The notes: a model not told the origin generated them from the letters alone. DNA of 64,000 nucleotides from Gracilinanus agilis (GCF_016433145.1 NC_058135.1:105202219-105266218), one strand, 5' to 3'; numbered from the stretch's first letter, positions 46,959 through 59,934 are shown. Numbers and translations are program-made.

Positions 46959-48114
46959 GCATATATATATATATATAATCATGGTCTCTGAAGACTGTGT
47001 GAGGAAACTGTTGTTTTGTTTTGCTTTTTTCATTTTGACAGCTAGCTGGTGCTGATAAACCTCAACTCAGGAAGACCTGAATTCAAATTCAGCCTCAAAC
47101 ACTTACCAGATTGGGAGACCCTGGGCAAGCTAGTTATCACTTTATGCCTGACTCTCTCTCTCTCTCTCTCTATCTCTCTCTTCATCTATAAAATGGAGAT
47201 AATAGTAGCATCTACCTCCCACCTCTTAAATAGTGAGAGGATTTGTAAAGCATTTTATCATAAATACTAGTTGTTACTAGTGTTACTACTGCTTAGCTTA
47301 AAGAGAGAAGGGTGAGGTAGGAGGTAAGCATTTCCTTCCTCCTACAGGGAATGCTTATTCTTTACTGAAAAAATGAATCAAGGCTAATAATAGTTGAGAA
47401 AAACTCACTTCAGACTCCCAAGCACCTCTGCTATATTGGTAGGATAGATTAAAACAAAAGTGGTAGTTGTGTCCCTGTCTGCAAAGTTTTTCAATTCAGA
47501 CTGTCAATTCCATTTAGAGTTACAGCTATCTTCACCTAGAAATGGTCCTGGAAATAATGTGGAATAAACAAGACTTACAGGAATCTCTGAATGTCACCCA
47601 ATCCATCCCACTGCCTCTAAATAAAATTATAGTTAAATGATCTTACATGTGTAGCTTGCTCCTCAAAATTGCCACCAATTTTCCAAGGTCTGTAACTTGC
47701 CTAGAAGTAGAATCATAAAATCTGTCTAACAGCCTTCTACTACAGTCCTTGTTCATGTCTTGAATTATCTTCTGTAGAAACAAAGAATAGTTACTTCCCA
47801 TGAGGGGGGTTCAAAATCTCATCATATGTAACTGACAAGTTCCAGTATTTCAAAAACTGGAGAAGTTGGCATATGAATCATCCCGCAGCTGGTTCCATTC
47901 AATTAGAATTTATTAAGCACCCACAGGGTACATGACACTATATAATATGCTAATTAATCAGATCATTAAAAAAAAACAAGAAGAAGAGAGGCATGTGCCT
48001 TATGGAAAAAGAAAAGGAGAAAACTGGTTTAGCTGTTGATTTTTGTTATCGCTTTTATCATTAAAAAATTACTTTTATGTTGATGCTTTTTTTTTTTTTG
48101 GTCATGGAATCAAA

Positions 48115-48540
48115 TAATTGTTACAGTTGGAAGGGAAATAGTCATGTAGCACAAACCGTTCCAGGAAATAGCCAGCAAGTGGTTATCACCTAGAGAGAAC
48201 CCACTGCCTCCTGTGATAACCCTTTCAGCTTTTGGACAGCTCCACTTAAGATTTTTCCTGACAGCAAGCCAAAATTGGGAGTTTTGCAAGTTCCACTCCT
48301 TCTTTTGCCTTCTAGAGCCAAGCAGAACAAGATCTATCTCTTCCACAGGATAACCTTGAATACTCTGGAATGTCAACCCCGAGTCTCTTCTTCCCCAGGG
48401 TAAAGACCCCCTACTTCCTCCACCCAGTCCCCCTCTAGAACAGACTCAAGGCCATTGAGTATTCCCGGGGTTTCAGTGCCTTCCCTAAACTCTAGTATGT
48501 TCTTGCAGAACCGAGTACAGTGGGGCAAAATATTAAAAAT
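48115..48540 (-). mobile_element. L3/CR1 3' fossil
   Basis: cagttggaaggga...cttttggacagctc...ttctagagccaagcagaacaag motifs; a similar copy lies at about 52300-52860. Confidence 0.65.
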
Positions 48541-48689
48541 GAGTGAAACACTATCTTTTGTCTTTGTATTCCTAACACTTAGCCCATTGCCTGACACACT
48601 GCAGATGCTTTGTAAAGGTTAATTGGCTGGAGTTTGTGACTGCATATACCTACACAACAGCTAAAAACATAGTTTGAAAGTGAAAAGAA

Positions 48690-49465
48690 AGTATTGGTTC
48701 TGTTGACATGAGTTTGCCAGACTCTGAAGGAGGAGTTTCAGTTTAGGAAGTGTGTTCATAAGTGAGTGTCCAGAGGGTAGCCAGAATAATGAACCTGGAG
48801 TCAACATCATATGAAGATCAGTTGAAGAAAATAAGCCTAATTAACATGGAGAAGAACTGATGGGCTGGGAAGGGGAAGAACTGTTCATAAGAGCCGATGC
48901 CCAAAAGAAGAATAAAATTTGCATGGATGGGTAGAATGGATAGAGCTTTGGGCCCGGAGTCAGAAAGACCCTATTTCAAACCTAGCTTCAGACATTTATG
49001 AATTATGTGACCCGGGCAAGTCACAAAAGTCCATTTGCCTCAGTTTCCTCATCTGTAAAATGGGGGTAATACTACTTTCAGGGTCGTTGTAAAGATCAAA
49101 TGAGATAATAATTATAAAGCTCTTAGCATGGTGGCTGGCACATAGCAAGAAGCTATAGAAATGCAAGCTATTATTAGAGGTAGTAATTAAGGGCAGCAAG
49201 TAAAAGTTGCAAAGAAGCAAATTGAAGTTTGAAATAAGTGCGGAAAGTCCTAACAATTAGAGCTCTCCCAGAGAGAAATGGAAGCAGTGGGTTCCCACAT
49301 CCTTGAAGTCCAAAAACCTGATTACTATTTATTTGCCAAGTCTACAACAGACATATATAGACTCTAACAGTTTATACCTTTTGGGTTTTTTGTTTGTTTG
49401 TTTTTTGTTAGACTCGAGGACCTCAGATGTGTCTTCTAACTCTGAAATTCTGTGATTCCATCTTT
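48690..49465 (+). mobile_element. L3/CR1 3' fossil interrupted by a MIR (about 48930-49190)
   Basis: gtgtccagagggtagccagaataatg...atatgaagatcagttgaaga, then after the MIR cctaacaattagagct...cttctaactctgaaattctgtgattc. Confidence 0.65.
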
Positions 49466-50319
49466 GAACATATACAGGCAGTCAATCTAGTTTACCAATT
49501 TGACTCAGCTACAAGCCTGGATTCATTTGTGGCCGGAGCTGATGGACAGGTTGGACTAGGCTCCTCCCAGGACAGAAATCCTACTGTTACCATGGAGACC
49601 AACCCTGCTGAGCATTATAATAAATTACAGACAGACCAATTCTACCAGGAAGTCGCCATGTTAGAGTTGCTCTGTGGCCATAGCAGTGCTTGGCTTGTGC
49701 TGATAGCACATATCCAAAGCACATACTAGGTGTTCAGTAAATACCTGTTGAATAAATTACCATCCCAGCTAGAAGAGGAAAGCTGTTCTCTCAGAATAGA
49801 ATCCTCTCATAGTTTCTAAGAGTCAGTGAATCCAATTCATGATGCTTCAGAATCATCCTTCTTACTCATACATCTGGTCACATTCCCAGATTTTAAAAAA
49901 CCTTTAGTGGTTCCATCTTGCCTCCTGAGTAAAGTTCATAATCCTCCGCCTGGCATTCGAGGCTCTCCATCACTCAATATAGCCTCATATCAGTCCCCTC
50001 CACATTCTCAATACTTCATCCAAACCAGGAGACTCTGTCACCCAAGCATGCATCATGCTCTCATGACTTGGCACCTTTATTCAGGTTGTTTTCCTGACTG
50101 GCAACATCCTCCCCGCAGAGAAAAATTCGAAGGGAATGGAAAATGAGAAGGGGCTAGATAAATGCCCAGGATGCATTTAAAGGAGATACAAAAGTGTGGA
50201 AACATGCCCCTTCATCTTAGAACCCTGGATCAAAGCCTCATTATGGATCAAAGCCTGGATAGTCTTTCAGCTCTCTTCTAAATTTGAGGTGCTCTGTTTA
50301 TCCTTCATTAGTCTTGATC

Positions 50320-51420
50320 TATCAGTCACAATAAATAGCAAATATTTATTAAGCAACTTTATTTAATTTTATTTATTTTATAGTTTATTTATTTAGCAAG
50401 AATTTAACTAGTCTTGCCTTCAATAAGCTCCCAGTCTATAGGAAGAAATGTATGTATGTGGGTACGTAGATATCCTTTTTATTCATACACACATAATAAA
50501 TACAAGATAACTTGGTGGAGATGGCAACAGCACCTTTATTACAAATCTGGGTGAATAGAATGATACTGGTTCCCTTGATGGGAATATGGAAGCTCAGAAT
50601 AGAATTAGGTTTGGGAAGAAAGGTTATGAGTTCTTTTTTGGATATGTTGAATTTGAGATGTTTATTGAATATCTAGTTAAAAACATCTGATAGACCATTG
50701 GTAATGAGGAATTAAGAAAAAAGATTACGGCTAGAAGTATAGTCCTGGAAGTCATCTGCATAGAGGTGATAATTAAAAACAGGAAGCAGATGAAAACCTG
50801 GAGAATTTAGAGAGAGAAGAGAGCACAGGCCAAAAGTTTGGGATATATCCAATACTAGGGCCATGACATGGATCATGAATTAGCAAAGGAAACTAGAGAG
50901 GAACAGTCAGATAGAACAGGAGTGAGTGGTGTGTCTTCTCTGAACTACCCCCCAAAAATCCAGAGAGGAGAAACAATCCAAGAAGAGAAGGTAGTATCAA
51001 ATGCAGCAAAGGGAGACAAGGATGAGAACTGGAAAAAAGACCATTGGATTTGGCATTTAAAAGACCACTATTGGGCAGGTAGGTGGCTCAGTGGATAGAG
51101 ATCCTTGCCTGAAGATGGAAGATACTTCCTAGCTGTGTGACCCTGGACAAGTCTCTTAACTTCAGTTGCCTAGCCTGTACCATTCTTCTGCCATGGAGCC
51201 TATCCTCACATCAATTCTAAGACAGGAGTTAAGGGGAGAGAGAGAGAGAGACAGAGATAAAGACACACCACTGGTAACCTTGAAGAGATTAGCTTCAGTT
51301 GAGGATTAAGGAGAGCTTTAACTGAGAAAGGGATAAGAGACAAGAAGGTCATGATCTAAGAGGGCTAAAGCAGGGCTTTCTAAGGATGAGAAGTTCTGAA
51401 TGTTTTTTCTAGACAGAAGA
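50320..51420 (-). mobile_element. L2 fossil with an inserted + strand SINE (about 51075-51235)
   Basis: ttttggatatgttgaatttgagatg, gaagtcatctgcatagaggtgataatt and gaccattggatttggcattt are L2 reverse-strand motifs. Confidence 0.7.
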
Positions 51421-53167
51421 AAAGGAATTAATAGAAAGGGTTACTTCTAATGAGCCTGTAGAGTTGTGCCTCAGTACTACAGATTGGAAACTGGTTCAGT
51501 TCTTGTATTCATTAATCTACAAAACCATGTGACCAAATCCCATCTCTTTTACAAAATACAATATATTGTGGATGAAATCTGCACCAAACATCTGCACCAA
51601 ACTAATGGAACAGTACAGCAGGCCAGTGATCTTGTCTCACACTTGGCTTTGTTTTTAATGATTGCCAAATTCAACTAGTTTTTGCCAGTTTTCAAAAGGG
51701 TTCTTTTCCCATTCTAAGAAGGTGATAATCAAATAACAAGATCTTTTATGTCATTAAAATCCTTCTCAGTTTAAGAGGCCCCCCTGCTTTTTAAAGGTAG
51801 GGGTGCGGGGTTGGGTTTTTTTAATATTAGATTTAATATACTGCTTTTATTGAATATACTCTGACGTACTTTTAAAAGGTTGAGGGGATGGGGGCAAAAT
51901 GAGAGACTTTCTGCACCATATTATGTTTCCTACTTTTGACAAGCCAGGATATTAAAGCACAGCAGGGTATATTGATTAAATCTGGAAACACCAAAGTCAT
52001 ATGGTGAAAGTAAAATTCACAGCCTATTTATTTGACAGGATCTAAAAAATTATGATTACAATGAATCGATGCCAAAACTAGATGAAAAGAAATAAAACTA
52101 TGCAGCAAAAGTGATAAGGAGTTTGGAGACAAGCTAAAATAGGAGTAGCAAAAGCTCATTAATTTTATATTGATTAATTTATAAGTGTCGAAAAGGAAGG
52201 ACTTTTTATTCCATGATAACTAGCAGGGGTTGGCCACCTTTTAAGAGGAAAGAGCCATTTTGAATAATATTCTCAGATAAATAGACCTTTTTTAAAAAGA
52301 ATCTTTCAGAATCTCTTGAGTTGGAAGGGGCCACAGAGAACATCCAGTACAATCTGTACCCTCTACATATGATTCTCAAGTCTTTGCTTGCAAGACCTGT
52401 CTATAGTGAAGAATCCATATCTTCAGAGGAAGCCCAATTTTGCTTTATAGAACTTAAATTATTAAGCTTTTTATTATGAAACTGAATTCTGCCTCTCTGT
52501 ACCTTTGCCCCCAATCATTCTGCTCTCTGGGGCCAAATAAGACAATCTAATTTCTCTTCTATGTGACTGCCTTTTAAGTACTTTGAGTGATCAGGATCTA
52601 CTTCTGTACTAGCACCAATTTTGTTCCAGACTAACTATCCCTGGCCTCTTCAACTAATCTTAGATTTGCATGGTCTTGGAGCCTTCACTAACACTGGAGG
52701 AAGCTCTCCAGCTCATCAGTGTCCTTCCTAAAATATGGCACCCAGAAGCAAACAATACTCAAGATCTGGTCTGACTAGAGTAGAGTATAGCAGAACCTCC
52801 CTTGTCTGAGATAACTTGCCACTCAATGTAATTTAGGATTGGATTAGTTTAGTCTGTGACCTATTTTGACCAATTCTTATGGTTTGCATTGCAAATGTGG
52901 AGATGCACTTATCCTCCACTACAGTTTTTTTTTCCCTTCAAGAATACTTTGAACCCAGCCATAAATTCAATATTTTTAGAGTTCAAATGAATATTGGACT
53001 TGGAATAAGGAGATGTGGGTGCAAGTCTGGATTTCTCACCCATTCCCTGTGAGACACTGGGAAAGCCACTCTTTATCTACAGAAGATGAAGTTGGTCTCT
53101 AACATTTCTTCCTATTCTAAATCCTGTGAACCTGTGAACCTTAGGTAAATCCTGCAATCTCGATTTC

Positions 53168-53371
53168 TTTTTTTTAAAACCCTTACCTTCAATATTAGAA
53201 TCAATGCTGTGTATTAGTTCCAAGGCAGAAGAGCGGTAAGGGCTGGGCAATGGGGATAAAATGATTTTCCCAGGGTCACATAGCTAAAAAGTGTTTGAGA
53301 CCAGATTTGAAGCCAGGACCTCCCACCTCCAGGCCTGATTTTTCTATCCACTGAGCCATCTAGCTGTCCCA
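53168..53371 (-). mobile_element. SINE1/2_Mdo-like element
   Basis: aaaacccttaccttc tail through ccactgagccatctagctgtccc head. Confidence 0.88.
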
Positions 53372-53699
53372 TTGATTTCAATCTCCTGTCATAAAAACAG
53401 GGACAACAGTATTTGCGTTGCTTAAATTTAGTCATTGTGAAGATGAAGAGCATTAATGTAGCGACAGTTGTGTGTAGACCATAAAGTGCTGTACAAAAGT
53501 AAAAAGTGTTGTAAAACTGAATCCTAGGCTGATATTTATTCTCATGAAGTTCACCGTTAAGAGATGATGTCAACTGGTAGACATTGTGATTAAAGTGAAA
53601 TAGGTTCAGAAGTAGTGAAAGTGTCTGACTAAGCATGTGGTGCCCCCTGGATTAAGCAAAAGTCTTCATTCTCTGTTTTTCTCTCACTATACAAAATTT

Positions 53700-54190
53700 G
53701 AAAGGTTCCTATGTCCAGAAATGGACTCGCAATTGAAAATTGTAAGCTATAATCTGGATGATCTGTCGTTCTGCCTAATATCCTCTAAGTACATTCATAG
53801 ATGACCACGATACCATGCTCCATTCTTTATAGATTTTCATTGAAAATGATTTTGAGTTCTTCAACATTGTTCCTCCAACAAAGAAGCTAGTCCTCCACTT
53901 AGGTCCACCTCTGGTACTTCGTCATGGCATAGAGATGAACGCTCACACAATACAAAATCAAGTAGGTTCTACCAAAGTGTAAAGGCTTTGCGTATGGACT
54001 TGTGAAATTGATAAGTCTTGTAAGATCCAGCTTACCCAAGTTCAGAAAAGCTTCCTACTCAGTTTTCTAGAATTTTGCATTTGTTCGGTCTTATTAGCTC
54101 AGTAAGATTGAGCTCATAAGTCTCAGAGAGGCCTTGAATTGATGGAGGCAGCACCCACATAAGCAAAATCATGGACTCTGAGTATTAAAA
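53700..54190 (-). mobile_element. RTE-clade LINE RT C-terminal fossil (tentative)
   Basis: Reverse strand shows VHDFAYVG (cf. F.YLG), DLSIS and ttgtattgtgtgagc (cf. LYGCES) in the order expected for RTE elements, with stops and frameshifts. Confidence 0.5.
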
Positions 54191-54801
54191 TATATAGAAT
54201 CTAGTATAGTAAGAGTTGTGATATAGACCAGAAATGTGAAACACATAGCCAACAGGGCATAACCAGGTTAAAACGCAATTGGGATATATTTAATAAAATA
54301 AATAAAAATGCAATAAAATACAGGCAATGGCGATAGGTGCAAGCAAGAATCCTTGTTCACAGTAGAGTGGCCCTGTTTCTAATTGAGTTTGATACCACTG
54401 ACATGGATCAGATTTTTTAAAAAGATGCTTGATACCCAACATCATAAAGTATTAGAAGTGGGAAAATTCCTAGATCAATCACCTCATTTTACAAGTGAGG
54501 AAATTAAGGTCTCCAGAAAGGAAATGGTTATAAATCACAGGGAAGGGAAAGGAATGATTTATTGGCTAATTGATTGTTTTCAATTTCCTCAGATTATATT
54601 GAATTGTGCTGGTTGATGCTAAACTATAAAGATGCTTTGGGGAAATAACGATAATAATGTTCTTTCTATTTGTAACCAACCACTGGATGATTTCCTTTAA
54701 TTTAGATGTCACAGCCTAGGAGCTAGCTGTGGAAGGGACTAGTAAGCTTTTTGTATGACTTGTTGGCACTTCATTTGCATCTATTTCTCTTCTGATTACA
54801 G

Positions 54802-54949
54802 TGGGAGAAACTACAGATGACGACAAGTGAGAGGAGGAAAATAGTCTGCTCTGTCACATTCCACATTATTGCTATCACCTGTGTCGTGTGGTCTTTGTAT
54901 GTGTTAATAGATCGGACTGCGGAGGAAATCAAGCAAGGGAATGACAACG
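54802..54949 (+). CDS. MARCHF1: MARCH1 internal coding exon, linker plus first transmembrane helix; phase 0 start, phase 1 end
   Basis: Acceptor ...ttctcttctgattacag ends at 54801 and donor gtaagg starts at 54950. It reads [49 protein letters not shown](G), in frame with the RING exon. MTTS and QGNDNG are MARCH1-type (MARCH8 has MTSS and QGQATG). Confidence 0.96.
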
Positions 54950-54984
54950 GTAAGGCAGAGGCTTTCTTCCTCTATTAGTAAAGT

Positions 54985-55225
54985 CACGTCGTTACGGTTC
55001 GGCCATGTCTTACTCTTCAGGACCCCGTGGACCATGGCTGTCCATGGGATTTCCTTAGCAAGCACAGCGGAGTGATTTGTCATTTTCTTTTCCAGTGGAT
55101 CCTTCTTTCAGACAATCAGAAGCTCAGTGACTTGCCCAAAGTTATGAAGCTAGAAAGTGTCCAAGGCTAGCTTTGGATCTTCCTGACTCCAGATCCAGTG
55201 ATCCTAACCACTGAGCAATAACTAC
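54985..55225 (-). mobile_element. MAR1/RTE-SINE-like element 35 bp downstream of the exon donor
   Basis: ctgtccatgggatttccttagcaag tail, cagtgacttgcccaaag core, tcttcctgactccag head. Confidence 0.7.
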
Positions 55226-55609
55226 CTATAATAAATTCATTCACATAATTGTAATGAATGGCTACCCAGGGTCAAAATACGCTTATATTGTACATCTGCA
55301 GTCACGATCCCCTAAAGCCATAGCTCATTAGCTCTCACTCCTGATAATCCTTAAAAGCTAAAGGGAAACAAGGACTTCAAAGCAAAAGCATTTCATGAAT
55401 TGTCATAATAAACAAAGAAGCATTTCTCTCATAGATCCAGGGCACCCTCTCCCACAAATAGAGTCTATCAAAGGGAAGATTTGGACTTTCTTAGAGAATA
55501 CAAGTGGAGGAACAAAAATATAAAGAACTCATAACCAAGGTACATGAACAAAAGAGTAAATCATGGCGCCAAAGATGCTAGGTTACTGATGTTTTCTGGT
55601 GATTATTTC

Positions 55610-57655
55610 TTCCTCTTCTTTCCTCAAACCTCTCACACTACTTTCTCTCCCCATCCTCTCAGCAGAGGACTTTATTTTGTACTTTAATAAGATAATTAGA
55701 GGCCATTCTCCATGAGCTCCCTTATTTTCCCTATTCCACGGTTTTTAATTATTCTTTTTTATTCTTTTTTAAACCGTTACCTTCCATCTTAGAATCAATA
55801 CTGCATTTTCATTCCAAGGCAGAAGAGCAGTAAAGACTAGGCAATGGTGGTTAAATGACTTGCCCTGGGACATACAGCTAGAAAATGTTTGAAGTCAGAT
55901 TTGAACCCAGTATCTCCCATCTCTAGGCCTGGCTCTAAATCCACTTAACCTCCTAGCTGTTTTAAAACTCTTTAACATCTTTCCTGTTTTGTTTTGTTTT
56001 TTTCTTTACTCCAATCTCTAATGAAGTGGGTCTTCTCATCAAGCCAGACTTCTACTTCTAACTTTGACTCCTTTCTTTCCTATCTCTTCCATTCAAGTTC
56101 AGTCATCTGCATTCTCATCTTTAGTCTCTTCCTCTCTACTTCCCCACTGATTAGATACATAACTAACCCTCCTTCATGCTCACTACAACCTACCATCATC
56201 AGTATTATTTGTTATCTTTCCCTTTCTTAGTCAAATTCCTTAAAAAAAAAAAAAAGCTGTTTATACTTGTCATTACATCACTTCCTCTTGCAAATGGTCT
56301 CAATATTATCATCCCTCCAAAATTATCAGTGATCTCTTAATTTCTAAAACCAATGATCTCTTCCCAATCCTCATCCATTTTGATTTTTTTAAGAACCCTT
56401 ACCTTCCATCTTAGAATTGATATTGTGTATTGGTTCTAAGGCAAAGAGCAGTAAAGGCTAGACAATGGGGGTCAAGTGACTTGCCCAAGGTCACACAGCT
56501 GGGAAGTGTCTGAGGCCAGATTTGAACCTAGGACCTCCTGTCTCTAGGCTTGGCTCTCAATCCGCTGAGCCACCCAGCTGCCCTCCATCTTGATTTTTCC
56601 ATAGCATTTGACATCATTGACCACCCTCTTTTCCTGTGTACTCTCTCCTTTCTGGGCTTTTGCGACATTTTTTTGCTCTACTCATCCTCCATATCCTGTC
56701 CCTAAATGTAAGTGTACCTCAAAGATCATTCCAAGATCATCCTCTTCTCTTTACCCTCTAAATGAACCTCCCATTGTTTCAATTGCCACCTTTATGTAGC
56801 TCAGTCTCAGATATTTAAAACCATCCCTAGTCTCTCCTGAGGTCCATTTTACCATAATTCAAGCTCAACATTTCCAAAACAGAATTCATCTTTTCCTATC
56901 AAATCCATCCCTCCTCTCAACTTCCTTTTCTGCCGAGGGTACCATCATCTCTCCAGTCTACTGGGTTTAAAACTTTGACACTGCCTTGGACTCCCCACTC
57001 TACTGCAACACATTGAATCAGTTGCCAAGTCTTACTGATTGTACCTCCACATTCCCTTATCCATCCCCTCCTCTCCTCTCACATGGCCACCACCCCAGTC
57101 GTCACCACCCCTTGTCGGCTCTAATCTGTTCTGTGCAACAGCTTCTTAATTGCTCCTCCAGTCTGAAGTCTCTTTCTCTATCTCCACAGCCATCTTCCCG
57201 AGTGATTTTCACAAGGTCAGGTTTGACTGTGTTTCTTCTTTGCTCAGTAAAATGCAATGGCTTCCTAGGACTTCTTTGAACAAATACAATTTCCTCTGGC
57301 ATGTAAAAATCGTAACAATCTGGCTCCCACATTTAAGGCTTATTATACATTTTCTCTACCTCAGTCTGTGTTCCAATCAAAGTAGTCTTTTCACTATTCC
57401 TCACACACGAAATTGTATTTCTCATCTTTGTGTCTTTGTAAAGGTTGTCCCTTTTGCCCGAGAATGCAATCCCTTTTGCCTCTGGGAATCACCAATTTCT
57501 TTTAAAGTCCAGCTCAAATGCCACCTTCATCTCATTTCCTGATTCCCCTAGCTGCTAAGTGTTTTATCCCCCTCAAATTGTCTAGCTTTACTTTGTAATA
57601 TATTTATGTGCTTATGTTTTATCCCCTTACAGAATGTAAGTGCCTTGAAGGTCAG
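55610..57655 (+). mobile_element. Long L2 fossil with two younger SINE insertions (about 55755-55960 and 56389-56583, both -)
   Basis: Pyrimidine-rich L2 ORF2/3' motifs (agcatttgacatcattgacc, agctcaacatttccaaaacaga, agaatgtaagtgccttgaagg). The second SINE has TSD tccat(t/c)ttgattttt at 56374-56388 and 56584-56598. Confidence 0.8.
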
Positions 57656-59802
57656 ACTTGTCCCAAAGCCAAGGTCATAGTCTCATACCTGCAGAATCAC
57701 ACTCCTCCTCCTTCCTCTGCAGGCATGACTCACCCACAGCTTCCAAGGGTCTTTTTTGTGTTCCTTTACTTCTGGAAAAGAACTAGAAATGGAATCACGG
57801 TATAACTTGGGCCCTACTTGACTGCCCATCTTACCTGTTCCCAGTTTTAGCTTTGGGAAAAACGTTGAACTTGGAGTAAAAGAACTTGGAGTCAAATCTT
57901 GCTACTTAAAAAGTTCAGTGACCTTGGGTTCTAACCTCACTATCATCTTATGCAAAATGAGGGGTTTGGGCTGGATTTCTGGGACTAGATCCAACAAATG
58001 TTCAAATGACCATAATACTAGCATTTTGAAGGCATCTGTCACTTAATCCTCATAACAACCACCCTGGGAGACAGGTTGGTGCTACCATTTTACAGATAAG
58101 GCAACTGAGCCGTAGATTCGTTAAGTGATTTGCCTGGGTCCGAGTATTTAGTCATTTTATTAGGTATATTAGAGCTCCTTATTTTTCTAGTCTACTCCAG
58201 CCTCCTCCAGCCTCCTCCAATATGAACCCCACCCCCTGGAATATTAAACTCAAAAGACAGACAAATGGGAATAACCAGAGATGGAATTTGAACCCAGATC
58301 CTCTGACTCCTGCATTATTTATGCTATACTATGTTGTGGGGCTTCTCTGGTGCTCATTTTAAAGAACAAATCTGTTAAAGCCATATTATTTTTTAAATGC
58401 AAGAAAGGCATAACCCAGTAGCTCTTCCATTATTACCTTTCGGGCTATTCTTATATAACCTGATGGAGTGTTTCAATTCCATATTTCCTCACTGCAGCTG
58501 CATGGAAATTAGAAAAACTGAAACTGTACCAGCACTTGGGAAGTTCTGCACTTTTTTTTAAAAAAAGCTTGTAATAAACTGCCACCCAGAGAGAGAAGAG
58601 GGAGCCATGTTCGGAACAGAGCTAGAAAAGGCTTCTATAAAACATTCAGTTTGCATTTGTTCCTGAAGGTGCTCCCTAGCATAGAGCCAAGATGGACTCC
58701 TCTTGATTTCCCAAGCCTGCTTTTGCTGCAGAATCCAACAAGGAATACAAATTAATGGGGTAGACAAGGTTGGGTGAGTCCAAAAGCCAAAATTTTCCAA
58801 AGAATTCTATGGTGAGACATTTCTACATATATCCCAAATCATAATGTCTAATGATGAAAAGATATTAACTCCATTCTTCCCCCCCCCCCAAAAAAAAAAA
58901 AAAGACTTTTGCTGTTGAGCTTATTTATCTCTCTTGTTTTGCTGCAGTAAAGAAAAAAAAAAATAGCAGAATCTGCCCTCTTGGTGGCAGCAACGCATGC
59001 TAGCTGGTATCCTAGGCATTCAAAAAAAAAATCTTATTGACGTTAGTTCTGTGTGAATGAAAGTGGCTCCTTTCAGAGCTGAAGGCTCTGACAGCAGCAT
59101 TTTATAAGTGCTAGTGAGCTCTTATCATTTTCTGAACAAAATGAACCTTTCCAATCTCGCCACATGAACTTTAGGTATAGACAGGGACAAAAATCCTTCA
59201 TTAGCCTCTAGATCCAGGAGAGCCTGAAGTCATCAGCCCCAAGTTTCCAATCCTGCCTCAACCACTTGCCAGTGAGGTTTTTAAAACCTGGGTTTTTTCA
59301 TCGGTAAAATGAGGTCCTGTTAGCTAAGCTTTTAACATGAGAGCCTTATTACATATAAAATGATGTGGGACATGAATTTAGACCATGATTTCCAAACTGC
59401 TCCTTGTAGATGTCCGTAAATGTTTTGTTTTTGTTCAGAGGGCCTGGATTACCTACTTGCTGGTGAACCAGCCATCTTGGAACCCATTCCTGCTAGATGC
59501 TTTCCCTACTCCATCTCTGCTGCAAGATCTTGTCTCCAAGGGCCATGGAGTTTTGAGAATACCAAAAAAGCTCCATGAAAGGAGAAGGGAAAAGGGAAGT
59601 GAGCATTTTACCTCTGCACAATCCATGAGCCAGAAGCCCTCTGGTTTACTGGTCTATTTACTGACTAAAGAGAAGCCTGGCCAAGGGCAGATCCAACAAG
59701 ACCAAAGAGAATAATGTCGTTCTTAGAACCTGAATCTAGTCGAGCCCATTGCACTGATTCAGTGGCAACTTCTCTCACCATAGTTAGTGAGGCTACCAGT
59801 AG

Positions 59803-59823
59803 CCCCCCCCCCCCCCCCCCCCC
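59803..59823. repeat. Poly-C homopolymer (21 C)
   Basis: Directly visible run. Confidence 0.97.
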
Positions 59824-59934
59824 ATGTTTAATTTTCTACTCCAACCAAGGATGAGAAAAGGGTAGAGAAGAAGACTATCTTCTGGAGGGTTTTCTCCTGA
59901 ATAAAGGTAAGAAAGAGGAGCTCACTACATGTGT

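Larger units (their letters stand above)
1871..54801 (+). other. MARCHF1: MARCH1 intron, 52,931 bp, GT-AG, phase 0
   Basis: Bounded by the two exons. The spliced junction gives ...PLRK|WEKLQ..., the contiguous MARCH1/8 family sequence. Confidence 0.93.

Noticed and set aside
48115-49465. Oppositely oriented L3 pieces as a possible long RNA hairpin
   Set aside because: The copies are too diverged and only partly overlapping in consensus position to form a credible duplex.
53214-53636. 140-aa minus-strand ORF
   Set aside because: Runs through a SINE and a MIR-like piece; chance open frame.
13809-54780. About six octamer (ATGCAAAT) sites suggesting B-cell regulation
   Set aside because: A rough expectation for this 8-mer on both strands of 64 kb of AT-rich DNA is 4-5, so there is no enrichment, and several sites lie inside TEs.
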